Source of the DNA: Octopus vulgaris
Taxonomy: Eukaryota
Direction: 5' to 3'
Length of the DNA stretch: 64,000 bases
Assembly (NCBI GenBank): GCA_951406725.2
Contig: OX597816.1
Span: 110,732,001 to 110,796,000, forward strand
Positions within the stretch are counted from its first letter, which is position 1. The number at the start of each line of letters is the position of its first letter. Made by a program: the position numbers and the translations under genes. Below, one piece after another: positions 54,985 to 64,000 of this stretch. The notes beneath the pieces were generated by a model. That model was given only the letters and a program-made list of their open reading frames with translations, ran no database searches and was not told the DNA's origin.

Positions 54985-55213
54985 GTTCTTTTATTCTTGT
55001 ACTTATTTCAGTCGGTTTGATAGCAGCTATGCTGGAGCACCGCCTTAAAGAATTCTTCATAGTCGAAGAAATTGAGCCCATGACTTATTCTTTGTAAGCC
55101 TAGTACTTATACTGTCGGTATATTTTGCCGAACTGCTAAGTTACAAGGAGGTAAACACACCCCCATCGGTTGTCAAGTGAAGGCGATGGAATAAACGCAG
55201 ACATAATTATGTA

Positions 55214-55269
<56 letters not shown>

Positions 55270-55453
55270 TAGAAAGATATATACATATATATATATGTAT
55301 ATATATGCATATATATAAATGCATTTATATATATGTGTGTGTATATGTATATATATAATAGAAGACACTTGTCCAAGTTGCCATGCAGTGGGATTGAACC
55401 CGGCATTATATACTTGGAAAGCAAGCTTCCCACCACTCAGCCACGCCTGCACC
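54985..55453 (-). mobile_element. tRNA-derived CORE-like SINE, family 2
   Basis: rc head has A box TGGCTGAGTGG, B box GGTTCAATCCC and CORE-like ACTTGGACAAGTG; internal microsatellite; 3' body shared with 18286 and 34160. Confidence 0.85.
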
Positions 55454-56214
55454 TGCAACAAATAGAATTCATTTATTAATGAAAGCTGACACTGACGTTT
55501 TAAAGTTTTTAGGACCCATTGAAGAACTTGCATTTTGATACACAATACATCAGGTTAGATGATTCTGTTGCGTACGATCATCAGTCAGCTCAAAGAGGGA
55601 TTACCTGCCATTAAATAATGAGAAAAATAATAGTCAGCAGAATCATTCACTTTTGCGCTGATTAATGAAAATAATCGCAGATATAATGCGAAAAGCTTAC
55701 GTCATAGTTTTCGAAAATTTATTTGCCTGCAATCTCTCCTCATTTAATGATGACAATTTTACATTAGAAATATGCCAGACAATTTAATTTACAATGTATA
55801 GTAGATCTAATTGAAACCTGTAAATGATGTCTCTTATTTTATTAGCCTGTGCATAATGAAATGTAAAGCTAACCGCAGGGAGACTTCAATATAATATAGA
55901 ATAATGGATTTCAATATGGAAGGGCATGTGTATGTATTTATACATACATACGTACACACACATGAAGTCTCATAGACACACACACACATACAAGTATGTA
56001 TACAGAAATTATGCACATATATGTATATGTAAGTACACATACACAAATTCATATATATCTACCTGTGTACTTGCAAACTCCAATTATATTAAACTGCAAA
56101 CCTGGCTAAAGGAATGATTTTATTTTCACAATCCATAGAAAAATAAACTAAAATTGTGTCACCAATATTCTTAAATCTGTGCTCTGTTTTATTAAGTTAT
56201 TTACTTTATAAGGA

Positions 56215-56217
56215 ATA

Positions 56218-56266
<49 letters not shown>

Positions 56267-56287
56267 CGACGAGACGACGAAGATGAC

Positions 56288-56350
<63 letters not shown>

Positions 56351-56370
56351 AATGATGATGTTGATGATGA
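56215..56370. repeat. (GAT)n microsatellite
   Basis: Directly visible. Confidence 0.95.
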
Positions 56371-58443
56371 AGAGGAGGGGGAGGATTATGAGGATAAGGA
56401 ATAATAAAACAAAACGTAATCTCATTATAAATATAGAAATGTCTTTAGAAAATTTTCAAATTTCTAGTGGTGAAATAAATGTGTTTCAAATATGAAAAGA
56501 TAAACACGAAAGAAATTTTCTATGATAATATTAGGTTTCACCATCTTTTAAAAAATAAGTAGTATACATTATTAGTTTCCATGAAACATGATATAACATA
56601 AGAAAGGAAAAAGTTTGGTATCACTCTCACAGATACAGAAGCGAACGCAAGAACATAAATATGCATATAACCATATAAACATGTATGGCTGTATGATTGA
56701 TGTATAAGAAGGTGATTACGAATATTTATATGTGTCCCAATGTGTATGTGTGTGTGAGTGCGTGTATGTGTGTGTGTGTGAGGAAGAGAGAGAGAGAGAG
56801 AGAGTGAAAAGTTGCATAGTCGAAATAGCAAGTGAAGAAATTCATCATTACTAACAAGTATTCGTTATGTAATAAGTTATAAAAATATTTTCTTCATGGC
56901 TAACACGGTTCAAAAGATGCGCAGACATATCCCTTGAAATTTAATTAACGAAAATCAATCTAACATATAATGCAATGTGGATATACCTAAGTGTTTGTAG
57001 TGGCAAATCTGAACAGGTTTCAGTTTTATTGGACTTGCTTAACAAAGGGATCGAACATGTACGCCTGTTGCATGAAAACACTAGAAAACTGTTTGCTAAA
57101 ATATGTAACAGGACGGTAAACTCTAATTAATAAACAATATTATTTCACAAGTGAGATTCGTAGGTACATTGTGGGTATTCACATTTCATGCCCTATTAAA
57201 TATTTTTCCCACATTGTACATGTAATTGCCTGTGTGGGTGTGCTTAATCATTTATGTCCATAACACATTATAACAGTTGGTGCACTGATAGCAGGAAATG
57301 AAAAATGAACTCTCTAACTGGAAACTTGTCCGAAACGATTCCGACACGATAAATAACCGAAAAGGCACTTGGTGTTTCAAGAGGCAGTATGAAAGTAAAT
57401 GAAATTTTACCATCACCACATAGAGCAATATTAAGCATGCCACGCATTATGGCCAATGCCCAACTATTTGATGAACATCCCCAACATTTAACCTGTAACA
57501 TCCGCTAATTTTGTGATAGGATATAATACACATTATAGCAATGCTAATGCCATACACTCAAATGAATTATGAAGCGTTATGTAAAGATATATAAAGCAAT
57601 AAATTACAATCGGGTGATTCAAAATCTAGAATGTTTGTTGTTTTCTAATTCAGGATAAATAGGAGGTATAATTTCTGTCATCCCAATACTAAGATCTGGG
57701 GATGCCTTTACGCTATTTTTATTTTATTTGAAGCTATTCTTATTAAGTAAACATATTTCGATTTAGCTGTTTTCATTTATCTAAATATTGAGTTCTAGAT
57801 AATATTTCTTTTCCTAGTACTTAAGCATTCTGCTAGCGTAGATACACATTTACTCTAGCCTATATAATTACGTTTTAATATTTTATTTTAAAGTTTATAT
57901 CATTGCAATGTTTTCTTTTGTTTTCTTTTTTTTTAGTTGCTCTGCACGTTTCATTTACCTTCGTAACTATTGTTTACCTTGTTAACAATTAGAAAATGTT
58001 CTGTTCATAGTTACAATATCAGATATAAGATTTCAAAAGGCTTAGTATAATTACATAAGCATGCAATATCTATCAATCGTTCTTAAATGGTAATGAAATC
58101 CATGTTGGACGTTTCTATGAATTAATACCCTAGAAGGCAGTATTTTTCTGTGGAGACATGTTATTACAAACCAACCAGTGCATATGTTTGGAAACTTTCA
58201 TGTTTTCTACAAATAACTTCACATTGTATTTATAGAATGCAATTGTAATATATTTTGCACGACATCTTTTGTATATAATGTTAGTTTCTGTGGATCACTA
58301 GTATTTCATAGAAAAGTTTTGATTGAGAAGTAAAGAAATAATTCTGATATTACTCTGTAATACATCATTCCGTGACATAGAAGAGCAACATACGATATGG
58401 GAACTGAAATGAAAACATGTATATATGTGGGTATGTATGCGCG

Positions 58444-58509
<66 letters not shown>

Positions 58510-59129
58510 CATACATACATACATACATACATACATACATACATACATACATACATACATACATAAATACATATATATACATACACATTCTTAGGATGTA
58601 GTTTCCTCTTAAGGTAATGTTAATAAGAATCCAGATACCAACTGGCTTTATCAAATATATTGAAACAAATTTCCTCAATATATATGTATAACCAGTCTAA
58701 TAAATTATAGATTATAAAGTTCATAAAAGAAAATGGAGAAGAAAAATATAACAGATACTTAGTTCATTTTATTTGTATCACAATGGAAAAGTAATGCAAA
58801 GTATAAAATAATACCTATAAGAATAAGAAGAAAAGGAACCAGATCAACAAAACAACCAAAAGATATCCGAAAAAATCCTACACATGTTTCAATCCGCCAG
58901 TATGTTTGAATTATCAACATTCGAACGAATATATATGTAATAAATGATATATTGCCAGGTCTCTCCAGGAAAATGTATGAATATTTACCGATCTTGAATT
59001 ACGAAATAACTAATTTGTAAACAGAGTACTCAAATTAGGACGCGGAGTTCACGTGATTAGACATTCATAGTTTGAAATTTATCTAATATTGATCATTGGA
59101 ATATTGCTAAAACATCAAATGCATTTGAA

Positions 59130-59167
<38 letters not shown>

Positions 59168-61687
59168 GTATATATATATAATATTTATAAAAGATTATGG
59201 GAAGAAGAAAGTATAAAGACATGTAACGTATCATGAGGGGTGCAATATACAAAGCATTAGATTGAGAAATATAAATAAAGAAAGGATGAGAAGTTTGTTT
59301 ATATTCTACGACAATAAAGAGTTTTAGAATACAGAGAAATATAATATTGGTATTTTTTAGGATTAAATGGGTTAAGGTATAATTTCCGGTGTTCTAACAC
59401 ATAAAATATTTGGTATATATAAATGCTATTGTACTCACTTAGGAGATGCGAAAGAAATTAAAAACCGGTGTTCCTCTTTTTTTATTTTCTTAAGTCAATA
59501 TATGAGTACCTAGTAATCTCCAGTTTTAGAATGTCCAAAGACAAAACACTCAAATCCAGCATGATCTTGCGTAAATGTCTGAATCTCTCAAAATATATAT
59601 GGTGATGTCATGACCTATTCGATGAAGTTGGTCATATATGTGACTGGTGTATATCTATGCAAGAATGTGCAGGATTGCTAATATCATAAGATATAATACT
59701 ATGCACCTGGTTATTTTGTAGATTATGAGCGAATTTGATTTAGAAAATACTGCTTTTTAATAACCTTAAAAAGTCAATATTTGAAGCAATAAACTCCTAA
59801 ATAATATCTATACTATAATTATGTTTGTTCGTTCATTGACAGTTTGTTAGGGAGGAGAAAAAGAGGGAGTGAGAGACAGAGCTGGAGTGAAAGAGAGAGA
59901 GGGAGGGATAATGGGAAAGAGAGAGATGGAAAGAGAGTGTGAAAGTGAAATAGGAAGGAGGATGAATGAGCGGGATATCAGTTAGTCACTTCCTCTAATC
60001 ACGCTGTGAATGAGATAGCAGATATACACTTTTGCTTACGTAGCTGTCACGCGGCTAGAAGAGGTGAACGGTGATGAGAAACAGAGAAATGTCGAGGAAA
60101 TAAAGAGAGGAATTACATTGTTAAAAAGTTTGTTGAAGTAAGAGGTAAAGATGACAGAGAGAAATATAAAGTGTTTAGCCGAGGGAAATTTTAGAATGAT
60201 ATAATATATTATGAAATAATTCAGTGAACTAGTAATTTGTAATATAATTTGTAAACAGTAATTTGTAATTGAATTGAAACTAATCATTTAATTAAAAGTA
60301 TTATGGTTTGTTTTCTCTATATCGTTTTTTGAAAATTTATTCGACATAATGTAAAGTAATTATAATAAAATATTGCGTAATAAGGAATATGCCATTATAT
60401 ATTGAATTAATCTTGAAGTTCCAACAGCAATACTAATGAATGCTATGTATATTAACAATGGTATAGATTGCTATTGTATAGTTTTCTATTACTTATTGCA
60501 CAGTTAATAATAAGATTTATTTGAAATAAAAATGCAAAGCATTCTCTCTTAAATAGCTCCGCTTAACTATTTTTTGTTCCGTCGTCGAATTTCCACCGAT
60601 TCCTCTGGTAATTAATATAATATTAATTGTAGCTTTAGGTATGTCATACAGGTACGCTAGTAGAATCACAATAAGATCGACTTTAACTGGTTTAGTAATA
60701 TTGCTTACATGCATGTTCATAGCTTTTCTCAATTCGACAGTGTCGATTTGCTTTATATAAAATATTTTTATATGGTTCGCTATATTTTCTATTTATTACA
60801 ATATAATTTATTATAATTAAAAGGATACAAGGATAAGTTGTTGAAGAAGTTTATGTTTGTTAATAATTCCATCATGAGAAAAAAATCTAAAAGTAACAGA
60901 AGAGTTTCTTTCATCATAATTACAGGGGTATAAATAGCACACCTTTATACTATTGTATATGGTTATACGTGTCTGATGCATTTGCTAAGAACGGTATGAC
61001 TGTATGTTTTAATCTTTATAGAGATTCCGTATAAGGGAAGGCATTAGTGATTATTTGTTTATAAATATCTAAAATGTGTCTTCCCCTTCGTAATTACTTC
61101 TGTTTCAACATAAAATCTCCTACCAAATCAATTGTCAGTTTTGTACAACATGAAAAAAGATCCTAATAGCACTTTAGACGTTAAAGACGAGGAACAACAT
61201 TCATAAATTTAACACTTTAGGCCCTGGAAATTACAACAAGCATTGATCTACATTCAACAGATTTAACGCTAGATGATATAAGGCATTCAAAAATCTAAAT
61301 AGAATTCTGCTGTCTAACTCAGCCAGCATAAGAATCCCAAAATCATCCCTATGAATGTTCGTACTTCAACAAGAAAATATTCGATATGACAACCATCAAC
61401 TAAAGTAATTCATTTCTGAGGAACAATTTCAAACGAAAAAACAACTATTCCCTTTACTAGCCTCAAAATAAAAAGAAACCTAGCACCTTATAGCATATGA
61501 TTTACATGCCCACTTTTATGCAATGTAAAATCTTACATAGGAAGTTATAATCGAGCTCTAATAAGAGAACACTCTCATAAGAGCTACATACAAGGGAGCT
61601 TTACAAGGCACCATGTCAAAATAAGCTCTACTTGGTTTGAACTCGAAGATATACCACTCAGACAGACTGACAGATACACAGATAATT

Positions 61688-61852
61688 TATTACTTCATTG
61701 CCGACAGCGGGGCTAAACATGGAGGGGACAAACAAGAACAGGTAGAGGGATTACGTTGAGTACAACGACCCCAGTGCGTAACTGGTACACATTTAATCGA
61801 CTCCGAAAGGATGAAAGGCAAAGTCGACCACGGCGGAATTTGAACTCAGAAC
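61688..61852 (-). mobile_element. SINE family 1, 5'-truncated
   Basis: rc of tail, central domain and B box; A-box part missing and replaced by an inverted copy (61856-61889). Confidence 0.88.
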
Positions 61853-62002
61853 TTCAGTTCAAATTCTGCAGAGGTCGACTTTGCCTTTCTAAATTATGCA
61901 GTCGAAGTACATAACCACTGGAAATACTATTCAAGGAGGAACTGAGCATAGTATTGCATACAAACCTCAAATAGTTATGTGATAAAGGGTTTTTATTCAA
62001 AT

Positions 62003-62227
62003 AAGGCGGCGAGCTGGCAGAAACGTTAGCACGCCGGTCGAATAGCGTAGCCGTATTTCGTCTGTCGTTGCCTTTTGAGTTCAAATTCCGTCGAGGTCGA
62101 CTTTGCCTTTCATCCTTTCGGGATCGATTAAATAAGTACCAGTTACGCACTGGGGTCGATATAATCGACTTAATCCGTTTGTCTGTCCTCTCTGTGTTTA
62201 GCCCCTTGTGGGTAGTAAAGAAATAGG
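62003..62227 (+). mobile_element. SINE family 1, full length, perfect 20-bp TSD
   Basis: TAAAGGGTTTTTATTCAAAT at 61983-62002 and 62228-62247. Confidence 0.95.
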
Positions 62228-63383
62228 TAAAGGGTTTTTATTCAAATGTTCTTAATCCTACACTCATCTTTAGACTTATAAGTAAAAGAATACACTACAA
62301 ACAAATTTGTTACAACTGGTGCCAGGAGTAAAATCGATGAATTATTGTATTAAATGGGATATTATGGAAACGTCCAAGGATTATAAAATAGGATACAAAA
62401 TTGCCCCATTTCTGAAAATACACATGCGTAACAAAAGTATCGATGTCTATCCTAATATATTATACATAATTATAATACACACGAAGATTTGGCTGAAATA
62501 TATATATATTGTATGTTTTTTCTTATTTATGGCAACGTTTCTACAATTCAACAATTTATCTGAAACTGAACATATCTACTTTGAATCTACGTCAATGGCC
62601 GAACACAAATAATGTTATTTTTGTTAGAAAGTTTATTATTCCGCTTAAATTCAAGTCTCTAGAAAAGATTGCGTATCAATAAAGATGTGTGCGCTAGTAT
62701 TTTTTTCTGTAAAGCACCACTTTAGTTAAGTGCTCTATGAAGAATTAAGACAACACTCAGTTTTATTACATTAATAATACCTTATAAAAGATTTAGACAT
62801 TTGAGCTGCTTGTATGATAAATGTATTCGATATAATACTAAAAGTTTTTCAATGTAATACCAGTTATGTAGGTTGTAATTGATCTGATACACATATATAT
62901 ATTTGGGAGCGTAGATGTGTTTCTATATGTATGTGTGTGAGAGAGTGTGTGTCTCTGTGTGTGAGTGTGTTTGTATGCATGTATAAATATATGCTATCTG
63001 CACACACAGATAGATGCGTGTGCGAGATGTGTGCATATATGTACATAAACAGTTATCAAAATATTGTTGCAACAAATCTTCATGTACGTGACTATTGAAT
63101 TTCATTTTCTCCTACACAGTTCGAGTGATTATAAACAGTGCATGCACATCATTTCAAAACAGAAATCATCTGAGTGTTATACATTTGTTTTATTATCAAC
63201 GCCCATCACAGATATGATGGCTTATTGTTTGGCTTCAAATGCGTAATGAAGATGTTTTGTTTTCATGTCTTTATACTTATATACACGTGCTCTTGTGAGT
63301 GTGTGCGCGTGTTAGGCGTATAAACGTGTAGAGTTATCACACACACATATATATACTTATGAACATATGCATACATACATACA

Positions 63384-63431
<48 letters not shown>

Positions 63432-64000
63432 CAAAATAAGCAACGAGATAATAAGTAGTAATGCAGTGCAACCGTTTCAAATGTGTCCATTTAATTGAAC
63501 AATGCAATCATTACATCAATTTAAATGCAGTGCCATTTTCAGCTGCACATAAGTAGCATTTTAGCCAGTCGCACACAATATAATTTTTCTCAAATATTTT
63601 AACAGAGCAAGAAAATGCAAGAATAGGCTACACTTCCAAGAATCGCATGAAGCCTATTGGGGTTATACTGTTGTAAATGAAAGCAATGCATTTCTAATTC
63701 ATTTATCTCAATATCAACTACTAAATCTAAGACCAGAAGACTGTGTCTATTTTGAATAAAGGACACGAGTGATTTGACAGCTCATGGCTAGGTATAGTCA
63801 TAAATATTGTCATATGTATTCCTTTCCGTCGTGGAGGAAAGAAGACATTAAGATTATTCAGTTGGATATACAGTACCTGTCTATAAAAAGAGGCTGTGTA
63901 GGAGATGTCTTTAAATCATGATGCTAATTATCAGTTAAAGGGGACAAACGCTAAGTAACCTAAAATATTAATACAGAGGACATTTTATTTTGAGGCATTA

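Noticed and set aside
61150-61470. Possible Helitron RepHel relic
   Set aside because: Only a vague resemblance; no helicase or Rep motif identifiable.

Overview
AT-rich, microsatellite-dense eukaryotic DNA with no host protein-coding gene that I can support. Most ORFs in the supplied track are translations of (TA)n, (CA)n, (GATA)n or (GAT)n tracts. The repeat content (two tRNA-derived SINE families I associate with octopus genomes, extreme TA/CA density) suggests a coleoid cephalopod, probably Octopus; this is an inference from recognition, not a search. The window holds mostly decayed transposon copies: two mariners, a Tc1 fragment, MITEs, non-autonomous Helitrons, Penelope-like element (PLE) RT and GIY-YIG remnants, and RTE, CR1 and R4/Dong-type LINE fragments. 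Three signals stand out. (1) At least nine hammerhead-ribozyme-like motifs sit in short PLE-terminal cassettes, mostly beside TA or CA tracts; one has an intact core, one is present on both arms of a ~1 kb foldback, and one closes a perfect 42-bp hairpin. (2) Two tandem RT-less elements carry only a gag-like ORF1 and share their 3' tail with the dominant SINE. (3) Several inverted duplications, some centred on (TA)n, would form dsRNA. All alignments were done by eye; boundaries of degraded elements are approximate.
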